Assembly (NCBI GenBank): GCA_964452565.1
Contig: CAYVLY010000002.1
Coordinates: 22,661 to 86,660 of the forward strand
Direction of reading: 5' to 3'
From: an uncultured Gammaproteobacteria bacterium
GTDB lineage: Bacteria; Patescibacteriota; Patescibacteriia; UBA9934
DNA: 64,000 nucleotides
Shown: positions 30,071 through 39,069 of the stretch, piece after piece
How positions within the stretch are numbered: position 1 is the first letter of the stretch
Layout: the number at the start of each line of letters is the position of its first letter
The notes under the pieces: model-generated
What the model was told of the DNA's origin: nothing
The model's input: only the letters and a program-made list of their open reading frames with translations
The model's database searches: none
Position numbers and translations under genes: made by a program

Positions 30071-30946
30071 TTAAATTGATTCAGCTAGAAGCTTTGAGGT
30101 CGATACAACCGATAAGAACTTGAGCTTGTTCTTTTGAGGAATGGTATCTGTTACAACGATCCGACTCATACTAGACCGTTTGAGATTCTTAAGTGCGTTT
30201 TTCGAAAAGATGCCGTGCGTTGCTACAACGCTAACCGATAGTGCACCGCGGCGTTTCAGAAGTTTAGCAGCAGCAATGAGTGTCCCACCAGTGTCGATCA
30301 TGTCGTCGACGATCACTGCGTCCCTACCCCTCACATTTCCTGTGAGCTTCGTAGCTACAACCTTTCCTGGCTTTGGCCTTTTCTTCTCAACTACTGCAAC
30401 TGACTTGGTTCCATACAGCTTTGCCATGGCCTTGGCTCTTTTGATTGCGCCTTTGTCAGGTGAGACGAACACAGGGTCCTTGAGTTTCCAACTCTTGATC
30501 TTTGGTAAAAACAGAGGTAAGGCCGACATATTAACCACTGGGATCTTGAAGTATGAAATGGCCTTGTCGCTGTGCGCATCGACTATGACGACCTTCTTAA
30601 CTCCAGCAGATTCAATCATGCCGGCAACAACCTCTGCAGCCACAGAGCTCATTATCCGATCGGTTCGATCTTGTCGTGCATATCCAAGGTACGGAACAAC
30701 CGCGATAGGCTTCTTTTTACCTTTATGTCTTACAGCGTTCGACAAAAGTAAAAAATCAAAAAAATTCTGATCAGGCTGCTGGAGTGATCCAAAGACTACA
30801 GGCTGATCTCGCAAGGATCTTGCAACGATCTGAGCGCATCGTTCTCCGCATGCAAATGTCTGAAATCGCGCAACCTCGACCTTGGTCTTTGCAGCCTTGG
30901 CCACTTTACGCGCAAGTTGCGGATTTGATTGTGTAGATAAGATCAT
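30071..30946 (-). CDS. prs: ribose-phosphate pyrophosphokinase
   Basis: PRPP-binding VVIVDDMIDTGGTL, 291 aa, Prs N-domain motifs. Confidence 0.85.
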   Translation of the reverse strand: MILSTQSNPQLARKVAKAAKTKVEVARFQTFACGERCAQIVARSLRDQPVVFGSLQQPDQNFFDFLLLSNAVRHKGKKKPIAVVPYLGYARQDRTDRIMSSVAAEVVAGMIESAGVKKVVIVDAHSDKAISYFKIPVVNMSALPLFLPKIKSWKLKDPVFVSPDKGAIKRAKAMAKLYGTKSVAVVEKKRPKPGKVVATKLTGNVRGRDAVIVDDMIDTGGTLIAAAKLLKRRGALSVSVVATHGIFSKNALKNLKRSSMSRIVVTDTIPQKNKLKFLSVVSTSKLLAESI

Positions 30947-31566
30947 ACCCCCTTCATTATTTTTGTAACTTCATCATCTTCAGTCTGGTCGAAAACTTTA
31001 TAATAAGCACCAACGGCGTAGTACATGATGGGCTCATCAAGTGCTATGACCCCATCAACCTCTTTGCGAATTTGATCCAAGGAATCTCTAGCACCATGTG
31101 GTACAGCAACAATCAGTTTTGCAGGCTGTTCTGCCTTAGCGGTTTTTACAGCCGCCATCATGGTAAGACCTGTTGCTACTCCATCATCGACGATTATCGC
31201 AATCTTGTCCTTCAAATTTCGAGGAGCACAATCCCCGCGGTACAGATCTAACCTGCGCTTTGCCTCTTTCTTCTCATCTTCGATGGCCTTTTCAAGATAC
31301 TCTGGATTAGAACGCGCACGTTCAGCCTCATTCCACACAACTTCACCAGTCTCTGTTATTGCTCCAATTGCATACTCGGGGTTAAGCTCATCGCCAATCT
31401 TACGAGGTACGATTAGATCGAGTGGCAGGTTCAGTTCTTTTCGAATCTCATCAGCAACCACCACCCCGCCTCGAGGAAGCGCCAACAATATCGCTGACCC
31501 ATCATCTTTATAATCAGAGAGTACTTTAGCTAGCTGCTTGCCAGCATCAACTCGATCCTCAAACAT
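30943..31566 (-). CDS. phosphoribosyltransferase-family protein
   Basis: PRTase fold motifs LALPRGGVVVADEI and IAIIVDDGVATGLTM; overlaps prs start by 4 nt. Confidence 0.7.
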   Translation of the reverse strand: MFEDRVDAGKQLAKVLSDYKDDGSAILLALPRGGVVVADEIRKELNLPLDLIVPRKIGDELNPEYAIGAITETGEVVWNEAERARSNPEYLEKAIEDEKKEAKRRLDLYRGDCAPRNLKDKIAIIVDDGVATGLTMMAAVKTAKAEQPAKLIVAVPHGARDSLDQIRKEVDGVIALDEPIMYYAVGAYYKVFDQTEDDEVTKIMKGV

Positions 31567-31618
31567 ATGATTTCATTATAGCAAACAACCCCGATTAGGG
31601 GTTGGTTTATGTTATATC

Positions 31619-31695
31619 TGGCGCGCCCGGCACGACTCGAACGTACGGCCTTCAGCTCCGCAAGCTGACGCTCTATCCAACTGAGCTACGGGCGC
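31619..31695 (-). tRNA. tRNA-Arg (anticodon GCG by hand folding), CCA encoded
   Basis: GCGCCCG acceptor, D-loop AGTTGGATAG, anticodon stem TCAGC/GCTGA loop TTGCGGA, T-loop TTCGAGT. Confidence 0.7.
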
Positions 31696-31710
31696 GTTTT
31701 GCTCAAAAGC

Positions 31711-32238
31711 CTACATTTTATACACTCTCCGGAGTATGTCTGTCAAGGTCTCGTCCTCCCGTTCAAGATTCTCAAAAACATACGGAAGCAATGATTCGCG
31801 GATTGCATTTGGATCTGCATCTTCAAGGGGGATCGATATCATTGGCTTCAGAACACTATTGAAATCCACATATAGAGTTTTGACAATCGGTGGTTCATAC
31901 ACTAAGGCAAACTCTTTGATATCTTTGTAATCATGATATGTCTCACCCACAACGATCCCCATATCTGTGACATGAACCTCCATACGCTTTGGGTGCTTCA
32001 GACCATTCATAAGGAGTATAACTCCAGTCATGAGAACAATGATCGCAAACAGATAATTACTTGTAATTATTGAGTAGACAAGTAATGCAGCTCCAATAAC
32101 TGAGGCTATGATGTACCAGCTCTTTGATCTATCATTCGGGGTGTATTCAAAAGCCTCCCAGGACACTATAGGTGTCCCAACATCCTCAATCTCATCGTAA
32201 TGCTCAACAGATTCTTGTTTTTCTTTATTTTTAGGCAT
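31711..32238 (-). CDS. hypothetical membrane protein (two TM helices, acidic N- and C-regions)
   Basis: ORF directly upstream of and co-directional with tRNA-Arg. Confidence 0.45.
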   Translation of the reverse strand: MPKNKEKQESVEHYDEIEDVGTPIVSWEAFEYTPNDRSKSWYIIASVIGAALLVYSIITSNYLFAIIVLMTGVILLMNGLKHPKRMEVHVTDMGIVVGETYHDYKDIKEFALVYEPPIVKTLYVDFNSVLKPMISIPLEDADPNAIRESLLPYVFENLEREDETLTDILRRVYKM

Positions 32239-32284
32239 AAAAAACGTTCACCAATAGTATATCATGATTTAGAGCTTATGGGGC

Positions 32285-32313
32285 TTGATTTTTCCACGTA
32301 AATGGTGTATCCT
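32285..32313 (+). promoter_or_regulatory. putative promoter for tRNA-Ser(UGA): TTGATT-17-TATCCT-7-(+1 = tRNA 5' end)
   Basis: -35 32285-32290, -10 32308-32313, tRNA begins 32321. Confidence 0.4.
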
Positions 32314-32320
32314 TCTGCAC

Positions 32321-32411
<91 letters not shown>

Positions 32412-32413
32412 CT

Positions 32414-32441
32414 AAAAGTCACAGCGCAAGCTGTGACTTTT
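32414..32441 (+). terminator. terminator hairpin after tRNA-Ser(UGA)
   Basis: aaaagtcacagcgcaagctgtgactttt. Confidence 0.45.
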
Positions 32442-32498
32442 AGATGGCTACAAACCGATAGGTTTGTCTGGATTACTCCGGGTCTTTACGGTAAGACA

Positions 32499-32571
32499 GG
32501 AGAGGAGGGATCCTGCCGAGTGGAGGAAGTTTACTTCCGAGAACGAGGCAATATCATCTCCCTCTCCGCCA
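32499..32571 (+). pseudogene. tRNA-like fragment (GGAGAGG...CTCCCTCTCCGCCA) with non-tRNA interior related to X repeats
   Basis: Shares 5' and 3' acceptor halves of tRNA-Ser but interior cannot form cloverleaf; followed by duplicate of terminator module T1 (32572-32607). Confidence 0.4.
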
Positions 32572-32623
32572 TAAAAAACTCACAGCAATCCAGCTGTGGG
32601 TTTTTTATATTGGAATGGGGTAT

Positions 32624-32746
32624 CGAACCCGAGGGACAGGGTTCGTACAGCTACGAAGTGAGGGGAGAGAAAGTTTACTTTTTCTGTCCGAACGAGGACG
32701 CTGTTCCTAGGCCAGCATAGCTGGCCGCATCCCTCCCTCTCCGCCA
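32624..32746 (+). repeat. tRNA-3'-end-containing repeat X2
   Basis: Aligns over ~120 nt with X1; ends with GCATCCCTCCCTCTCCGCCA. Confidence 0.5.
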
Positions 32747-32780
32747 TGAGATAGTCTCGACTTTGTCGAGGCCTTTTCGT

Positions 32781-33437
32781 CTACCCCTTAGCCAATGTGT
32801 ACTTCCAAATTTGATCAATGCCTGCGTTTTGAAGAACTTGAGCTGCGGCATTGATGGTAGCGCCAGTGGTCCAGACATCGTCGATGAGGAGTATCGAATT
32901 CAGTGTATCCTTCGGCTGGGCCTCAGGATGACAAATGAATGGGCTTTTTTTCATCGACTCAATGCGCTCGTGAACTTCGCGCTCGGTTTGGTGGCCGGTT
33001 GATCGTACGCGTTTGATTAGATTGACGACTGGTATATCAAGTTCCTCGGAAACAAACTCAGCTATCATTGCAGCTTGATCAAAACCACGCTTACAGCATC
33101 TTACCGAATGGAGTGGCACGGGCACTACCGCCTCGATCGAATGAATATGAACCAAATGCCTGAGTCCGATTAATGAGGACTGAAGTTTTAATCTAATGAT
33201 CTTCCAGGCGCTTTGATCAAAGTGATACTTCCATGAACATATTAATTGACGAACGATTGGATCGGCATACTGCCATGAATGCATATGTTGATCCTTGTCG
33301 ATAATTTGAAGCTTGCCTGGCTGCCAATATACAAAACACTCTTCACACAGCAGCGAACCTTCTTTGTTGCATTGAATACAAAAACGCGGGAAAACCGCGT
33401 CCTTGATTGTTTTTTTGATCTTATCGAATATCTTCAT
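32781..33437 (-). CDS. comFC: ComF family protein (double zinc ribbon + PRTase domain); listed ORF extends to 33536
   Basis: CIQCNKEGSLLCEEC zinc ribbon, PRTase motif ILLIDDVWTTGATINAA. Confidence 0.7.
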   Translation of the reverse strand: MKIFDKIKKTIKDAVFPRFCIQCNKEGSLLCEECFVYWQPGKLQIIDKDQHMHSWQYADPIVRQLICSWKYHFDQSAWKIIRLKLQSSLIGLRHLVHIHSIEAVVPVPLHSVRCCKRGFDQAAMIAEFVSEELDIPVVNLIKRVRSTGHQTEREVHERIESMKKSPFICHPEAQPKDTLNSILLIDDVWTTGATINAAAQVLQNAGIDQIWKYTLAKG

Positions 33438-33490
33438 ATACTCGTCATTCTGAGGCCTATGGCCGAAGAATCTACTCATCTCGAGTGGAT

Positions 33491-33514
33491 CCTTCGCTGC
33501 GCTCAGGATGACAC
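33491..33514. repeat. copy B of short dispersed repeat (ccttcgctgcgctcaggatgacac)
   Basis: see 3203-3225. Confidence 0.45.
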
Positions 33515-34056
33515 TAGTCCACCCATTCAAAATCATCTACAAGCCACTCCTCGCCTTCTTTGACAAGTGTGACTTCTATGGTTTGATACTTAACTGATGT
33601 GTTTTCTGGACTCTCGATTGACTCCTCACGCTGTGTTAAGACTTCTAGAACTTCTTGCGTATCAGAGACTTCTATCTGAGTAATCGATATAACATAGGTT
33701 GATACTCCATAGTAAACAGCATTACCATCACCTGATGCATCTTCTGCTAAATCTTCTAACCTACTTTGCAATGAACTAGTGGCAATGTCCATCACAGCAT
33801 CCACATTCTCGTAATCACCGTGGTTTGAAAAGCTTCCAAACCTCTCAACAAACACTCGGGCAATGGTTGAAGCATCTTCCTCATAGCCATCTAGGTCCAG
33901 TGGCTCAATAGATTCAAAATCCTGCATTTGACCATCATCTGTAAACGACCCTTGGTCATTCACTGGCTCTGGTCTTAATAACCACCAAACTACTCCAACC
34001 AACAAGATGATTAGTATGATTGCAAACAGTATTTCAAACTTGCGTTTTCTTTCCAT
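33514..34056 (-). CDS. membrane-anchored acidic protein, last gene of T4SS-like operon (possible VirB8-like)
   Basis: N-terminal TM then 150-aa periplasmic-type domain; positional analogy only. Confidence 0.35.
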   Translation of the reverse strand: MERKRKFEILFAIILIILLVGVVWWLLRPEPVNDQGSFTDDGQMQDFESIEPLDLDGYEEDASTIARVFVERFGSFSNHGDYENVDAVMDIATSSLQSRLEDLAEDASGDGNAVYYGVSTYVISITQIEVSDTQEVLEVLTQREESIESPENTSVKYQTIEVTLVKEGEEWLVDDFEWVD

Positions 34057-34058
34057 AA

Positions 34059-35999
34059 TTATTCACTTTTAGGTTGTTCGGGTTTTTCAGTTGGAGCACT
34101 AAATGACTCTTCAAACTCTTTTCGCGCACGCTCGATCTCTAGGAGTTGCTCTGGATTTGTAGTAATTAGCTGATCCTCATTATATGAAGCAACGACTTTG
34201 ACTGCTGCGTGCTTAGCACCTGCAAAGAAAATCCCTTCTCCAATGGCAGCTTCGAGCAATAAATACCGCTCGCTTTGAGTTAGGTTAAATGTCTCCGCGA
34301 TGATATCGATTCCTGCTGGAGACTGTTTCATCAAAAGCTGCAAAGCTGAGTTTGTAACAATCGCCTGGCCATAGGCACTTCGCAAAAAGTCATTCACATC
34401 CTGAGTAATTGTTGTAACTCCCAAGAAGTACTTTCGCGCACGCTTTACTAGAGCAAAGATGAACTTTGCAGAATCCTCATGCGTCATTAGCCACCAAGCC
34501 TCATCAATTGCCAGTATTCTCTTCTTTCGAACCGAACGCACAACATTCCAAATGTAGTTAACAATCGTATAGATTGCCATTGGCCGTAGCTCGTCCTCAA
34601 GATCACGAACAGAGAAGATAACAAGCTGATTGTCCATCTCTACAGTTGTAGGTGAATTCAAAAGACCAGCAAATGTTCCTTCTGTGTACTTTCTAAGTCG
34701 ATCGACAAGGTCGCCAGATCCTTCCATTCCTTCTAGAATCTCCTGCAAATCCTGCAAAATAGGATATTCAACTCCGTCTAAATTTGTAAGGTCAGGTGTT
34801 ATATCCTTTTTTGCATATGCTTCTAGGATTGCTCTATCAAGCATTGAATCCTCTGCTGGTGTGAACCCCATCTTTCCAGCTGCTCCGATTGGTTGACCCA
34901 TCATGATCCGCAAGAGACCTTTGATTGTGATAACAGCGCTTCGTAAGATATCTTCAACAGAAGCTTCATCACCAACAGCACGAGGTAGATCAAACGGATT
35001 AATCTTACTTTCTGAAGCCAATGACACATTGATATATGTTCCTCCCACAGCATCTGACAACGTCTTGTATTCCATCTCAGGGTCAATGACGATCACATCA
35101 GTTCCCATCATCATTGAACGCAAAATCTCAAGCTTAATTGCATAACTTTTTCCAGCACCAGATGTAGCGAATACAACAGCGTTTGCGTTTTGCAATGAAA
35201 ACCTATCAAACAAAATCAACGAGTTGTTATGACGATTGATTCCATACAGAATTCCCTTATCGCTTGTAAGATCTGATGATATGAATGGGAATGAAGAAGC
35301 AATCGGCGATGTGCTCATGTTAAATGTAATCATGAGCTCGTCATTACCAAGTGGAATCGTTGAGTTAAATCCTTGTTCAGCTTGGTAGAAACCTCGTTTT
35401 GTGTAAATCAGCTTTGAACCAAGAATTGATTCAAGTTGACTTGTGCGCTTATCAAGCTCCTCCTTGTCATTAGCATAAATCGTAATGTAAAACGCAAACT
35501 GGAAAAAGTGCTCAATTCCCTGCGTAAGATCATCGCGCAATTGCTCAACATCACGCAGAGCAGTCTCGCGGATTGGATCACGCGGCGCTCCTTTTTCATT
35601 ATCTGACACAATCTGTGCCTCCAAAACTCCAGTCTTATCTCGCAACTGCTTCAGAATCACCTCAGATGGAATTGGATAGAAAAACATCCCAATGTCGAGC
35701 GTTCCACTGTAGTTAATAACTGGCGCACCCCATCCAATAGTCACATATCGCGGATAGGTCACGATGAAAAGTGTTCGAACAAATGTGTCACCAATCTTTA
35801 AAAAGTCTGGATTCACCTGGAATGATGCAGGTGCAATAAGATCGCGGACTGTAACAGTCCCACGTCGATACACATACTCTTCTTCAAGCGTCTTTTTTTC
35901 CTGCAAAGCCTTTTCCTGATCAGGTGTAAGTTTTTTTGGCTTTTCTGCCTTTTTATCAGGCGTTTGGGCTTGCTTTAGTTGTTCTAACTCAATTGACAT
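34059..35999 (-). CDS. VirB4/TrbE/CagE-family type IV secretion ATPase, C-terminal (NTPase) portion
   Basis: Walker A ATSGAGKSYAIK, Walker B-like VIVIDPE, conserved ...ILAIDEAW... region; 646 aa. Confidence 0.8.
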   Translation of the reverse strand: MSIELEQLKQAQTPDKKAEKPKKLTPDQEKALQEKKTLEEEYVYRRGTVTVRDLIAPASFQVNPDFLKIGDTFVRTLFIVTYPRYVTIGWGAPVINYSGTLDIGMFFYPIPSEVILKQLRDKTGVLEAQIVSDNEKGAPRDPIRETALRDVEQLRDDLTQGIEHFFQFAFYITIYANDKEELDKRTSQLESILGSKLIYTKRGFYQAEQGFNSTIPLGNDELMITFNMSTSPIASSFPFISSDLTSDKGILYGINRHNNSLILFDRFSLQNANAVVFATSGAGKSYAIKLEILRSMMMGTDVIVIDPEMEYKTLSDAVGGTYINVSLASESKINPFDLPRAVGDEASVEDILRSAVITIKGLLRIMMGQPIGAAGKMGFTPAEDSMLDRAILEAYAKKDITPDLTNLDGVEYPILQDLQEILEGMEGSGDLVDRLRKYTEGTFAGLLNSPTTVEMDNQLVIFSVRDLEDELRPMAIYTIVNYIWNVVRSVRKKRILAIDEAWWLMTHEDSAKFIFALVKRARKYFLGVTTITQDVNDFLRSAYGQAIVTNSALQLLMKQSPAGIDIIAETFNLTQSERYLLLEAAIGEGIFFAGAKHAAVKVVASYNEDQLITTNPEQLLEIERARKEFEESFSAPTEKPEQPKSE

Positions 36000-36008
36000 A
36001 AGTAACGA

Positions 36009-36716
36009 TTAAAATCCTTCTTCGACCCTTAACTCGTTAAGAGGCGCGAGTCGTTGCGTATCAAATACGTCTGGATTATAAACTGTGTAAAAAAGTTCAA
36101 TAAGGCCTTGGGTATCAAGCATAGCGCTCTGTAGTCCCATTCCAACAAGCCCACCCTGAATAATGTTCATCCGTCCCATTAGTGAATCTCTGCGTTCCTT
36201 AAATTTCTTTTCATTCAGCTTTACAACAGAAGCTGGCATGATTGCTGCTGAAAGCTTTGTCATAAATCCCTTTTTCTTATCTGTTGCGGGATCATAAGGA
36301 ACAACAACATAGAACTTCTTCTGCATAATCTCTCCCAATTCAACAAGTTCATTCACAAATCCACGATAATCAATAATCTGTGTTCTCAAAAGATCGTTCT
36401 TTATAGTTCTCTCCTGCTCCTTAAGTGCCTCCATGTATGCATCAATGTTCATCTTTCTTGACTGAACAACAACCTGGATCGGATATTCAAGTCCGTTTAA
36501 GAACTGCATATATGACTGCACTGTTGCTTGTTGCTCGTCTTCTGACTTAAGTGCAAAGTTTATACTTGAAACCATGAAAACACCCCTCAAAGTTCCATCT
36601 TTTAGCACAACTGCATCTTCGCGGATCTCAGCAATGTCCAAAAATCTCTGAGTTGGTGGCCCTGGCTTTGCCTTGGCTAATTTTTTTGATTGCATTTCTT
36701 CCTGCTTTTTTTGCAT
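36009..36716 (-). CDS. VirB4-family N-terminal domain encoded as separate ORF (same frame as 34059..35999, interrupted by in-frame TAA)
   Basis: ...FLDIAEIREDAVVLKDGTLRGVFMVSSINFALKSEDEQQATVQSYMQFLNGLEYPIQVVVQSR... resembles N-terminal region of Gram-positive VirB4 homologues. Confidence 0.55.
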   Translation of the reverse strand: MQKKQEEMQSKKLAKAKPGPPTQRFLDIAEIREDAVVLKDGTLRGVFMVSSINFALKSEDEQQATVQSYMQFLNGLEYPIQVVVQSRKMNIDAYMEALKEQERTIKNDLLRTQIIDYRGFVNELVELGEIMQKKFYVVVPYDPATDKKKGFMTKLSAAIMPASVVKLNEKKFKERRDSLMGRMNIIQGGLVGMGLQSAMLDTQGLIELFYTVYNPDVFDTQRLAPLNELRVEEGF

Positions 36717-36719
36717 ATA

Positions 36720-37157
36720 CTAATCTTTTTCTGGATTATAAACTCCGCCTGTATTTACTACTAAGGCGATATCAGATAGCCGAGATCTCTCTAGCGGTCT
36801 CTTCTTTGGGGTGGGTGGGACTGGCTTTTCTTCTTCTTTCTTTAGCCCTTCTCTCAGCTGTGAATCGGAGAGTGCCTTATCCCAGACACGAACCATTGGC
36901 CTCCTCAAGGTCTGTATCATGCTAAGAACCACGTAGTGAAACGCTTGGCCGTTAACCTTCGCAAAGGCAAAAGTGACTCCAATCGCCAAGATTGGAATTC
37001 CGATTCCGACTACTGCGAAGATGTTCAAGAATATCCGATATACTAAAAAGTCTGCTAAAATCGTTCCCAACATTATCAAAAACTGACGCAGTGTAACTGG
37101 CCCTATAATCTTTGTCTCAACGTCTAGAAATTGTGGTACAACAAATTGTTCCGGCAT
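36720..37157 (-). CDS. small two-TM membrane protein, VirB3/PrgI-like candidate
   Basis: VPQFLDVETKIIGPVTLRQFLIMLG... then two hydrophobic helices; immediately upstream of VirB4 as in Gram-positive T4SS. Confidence 0.45.
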   Translation of the reverse strand: MPEQFVVPQFLDVETKIIGPVTLRQFLIMLGTILADFLVYRIFLNIFAVVGIGIPILAIGVTFAFAKVNGQAFHYVVLSMIQTLRRPMVRVWDKALSDSQLREGLKKEEEKPVPPTPKKRPLERSRLSDIALVVNTGGVYNPEKD

Positions 37158-37172
37158 AGACTCAGTATATCA

Positions 37173-39047
37173 TTAAAAGCTTATCTTATTATTAAAAGTC
37201 ACGATCGCTTCAATCTCAGCCGCGCTAAGGCTCTCTTCGCCAGTGTTACGCCTTTGTGTAGCGGCATCAGCGACAGTCATTCCTTTTGTAAGCGCCTCCT
37301 GAACTAATGCAATGTATAGATTATTAAGCGGGCTTTTGCGCCAAGCCTGAATTCCACGCACACGATCTTCATAATCAGTTTCTTCAAGTAACTCTAAGGT
37401 ATTGATCATTTTATTGGTTGCTTCTTTTGGATCAGATGACAACCGTCTGAATTCTGCAACCCCCATTGTTCCCAACTCCTCAATCGGACCAATAAGCTTT
37501 GAAACCTTCTTTACATCTGCAACCTTAACTGACGGCTCTGCCTGACGCTTTGGTGGTGCACTTGGTGCACTCAATCGAATTTTGGCTTTCTGAGGCCTTG
37601 CCTTTTCCTGAGCCTGCTTAACCTTTTCTTTATCTACTCTTGCGCGCTGACCCTCAAGCTCCTCTTTCTTTGATCTAGCCGCACTAACCCTTGCCTTTGG
37701 CAAAACTGGCTCAATAGACTCTGTTGGAACCGAGGAAGTAAGTGCAGCATGGCGCTCGTCTAGAACAGTCTTTTCCTGCTTTTTGACATCCACTTTGGGT
37801 TTTACTAACTTTTCTTTTTGTGGCTTGTGCAGCTCTGCATACCCTTTCTTTAGTATCAAAATTGTCTCATGGGATTGCTCTGCGCTCATTCCATACTTGT
37901 CCTGCAATAATGCGTCAGCTCTTTGCTCATTCAATCTTCCTCGAACAAAAGCCTCTGCAACCGATCTTGCTGACTTTTGTGACTGCTTCGCTGACTTAAA
38001 AATCAAACTAAGTTTTTCTGTTGCGCTATCTACAACCTTTAAGAGCTTTTGATCATGGGTTTTATTTTCATACAATCCTTTTTTCTGAAGATCTTTAGCA
38101 TGTGCTTTTACTTCAGCCTCTTCGTGCTCAAATAGATGACCAGAAATAACTGGAACATCAGTTGTAAGTGCATGTGGTACTGCTTTGATTGGAAGCGTCT
38201 CACGCTTTCGAGTTGCCTTTTCTGGTTTTGATTCTAGTTTAGGCCTTTCTACTGGCTCAGGCTTTTTCGGCTCTGGTCTTATTCTGGGAACTTTGGGAAC
38301 CGGAGGTTTTGACTGCTTTGGTTCTTCTGATTCGATCGAATCCGATATTTCTTGATCACTGGCAACCACCCCCTGCCCCTCCTTGGGAATGAGGGGAGCC
38401 GCGCCGCCCTTCTCCTGATTTTTGCGACTGGGTTCTGTAGTCTGTGTTCTGGGTTCTGCATCCTTACCACCCCCAAACCTTTCATCCAACACTGCAAGAA
38501 GCTTCTCAATCTGCTTGTCGTTGAGCTCCAAACCACCAATATTCATTGGCCGCTTCATCAAGGTCAAGGTTGACTCACGGTCGCGCTCCTTTTCAATATA
38601 TCCTTTTGAAAGATAAATAAAACGCTTCATGAGATTTTCTGGAAGCTCTAAGCCAATCTCGCGGGCATATTCTAGAAGCTCATCTTGCAATCCAGGCTTC
38701 TCAATCCTTAACTCAGGATAATTTGCCACATCACCACCCCAGGCCTTTATCGAATCCTCAATCCCTTTGATAAATGCGCTCAAAGGCAAAAGTCTAAATC
38801 CTACAACGTCTGCAGCAATCGCCTTTGCTTTTGTAGCATCAACGCCAAATGCCTTTTCGATAAACTCAGGGATCTGATCAACTTTTACTTGATCATTGAT
38901 GACTGCATCGGATAAATCCAAAAGCTCTTCCAAACGCTCTGGTGGAAGCTTATGCCTTGCCACAACTCCTTCTAGTTGATCAAAGATCTTAATGTCTAGA
39001 AGATAATCGCGAACTCTTGGTAATTTTCTAAATCCTCCGCTTGGCAT
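37173..39047 (-). CDS. hypothetical highly charged/low-complexity protein (624 aa) within T4SS-like operon
   Basis: No TM; K/E/P-rich central region; embedded GC-rich 16-mer shared with 45962-45978. Confidence 0.45.
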   Translation of the reverse strand: MPSGGFRKLPRVRDYLLDIKIFDQLEGVVARHKLPPERLEELLDLSDAVINDQVKVDQIPEFIEKAFGVDATKAKAIAADVVGFRLLPLSAFIKGIEDSIKAWGGDVANYPELRIEKPGLQDELLEYAREIGLELPENLMKRFIYLSKGYIEKERDRESTLTLMKRPMNIGGLELNDKQIEKLLAVLDERFGGGKDAEPRTQTTEPSRKNQEKGGAAPLIPKEGQGVVASDQEISDSIESEEPKQSKPPVPKVPRIRPEPKKPEPVERPKLESKPEKATRKRETLPIKAVPHALTTDVPVISGHLFEHEEAEVKAHAKDLQKKGLYENKTHDQKLLKVVDSATEKLSLIFKSAKQSQKSARSVAEAFVRGRLNEQRADALLQDKYGMSAEQSHETILILKKGYAELHKPQKEKLVKPKVDVKKQEKTVLDERHAALTSSVPTESIEPVLPKARVSAARSKKEELEGQRARVDKEKVKQAQEKARPQKAKIRLSAPSAPPKRQAEPSVKVADVKKVSKLIGPIEELGTMGVAEFRRLSSDPKEATNKMINTLELLEETDYEDRVRGIQAWRKSPLNNLYIALVQEALTKGMTVADAATQRRNTGEESLSAAEIEAIVTFNNKISF

Positions 39048-39069
39048 GTGTTTTTACATTCATGCGTTA

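Noticed and set aside
30141-30770. 209-aa plus-strand ORF inside prs
   Set aside because: Antisense to ribose-phosphate pyrophosphokinase, which has clear PRPP-binding motifs.
32747-32780. Hairpin ctcgactttgtcgag as comFC terminator
   Set aside because: On the comFC (minus) strand it is not followed by a U-run. Only a weak T-tract exists on the plus side.
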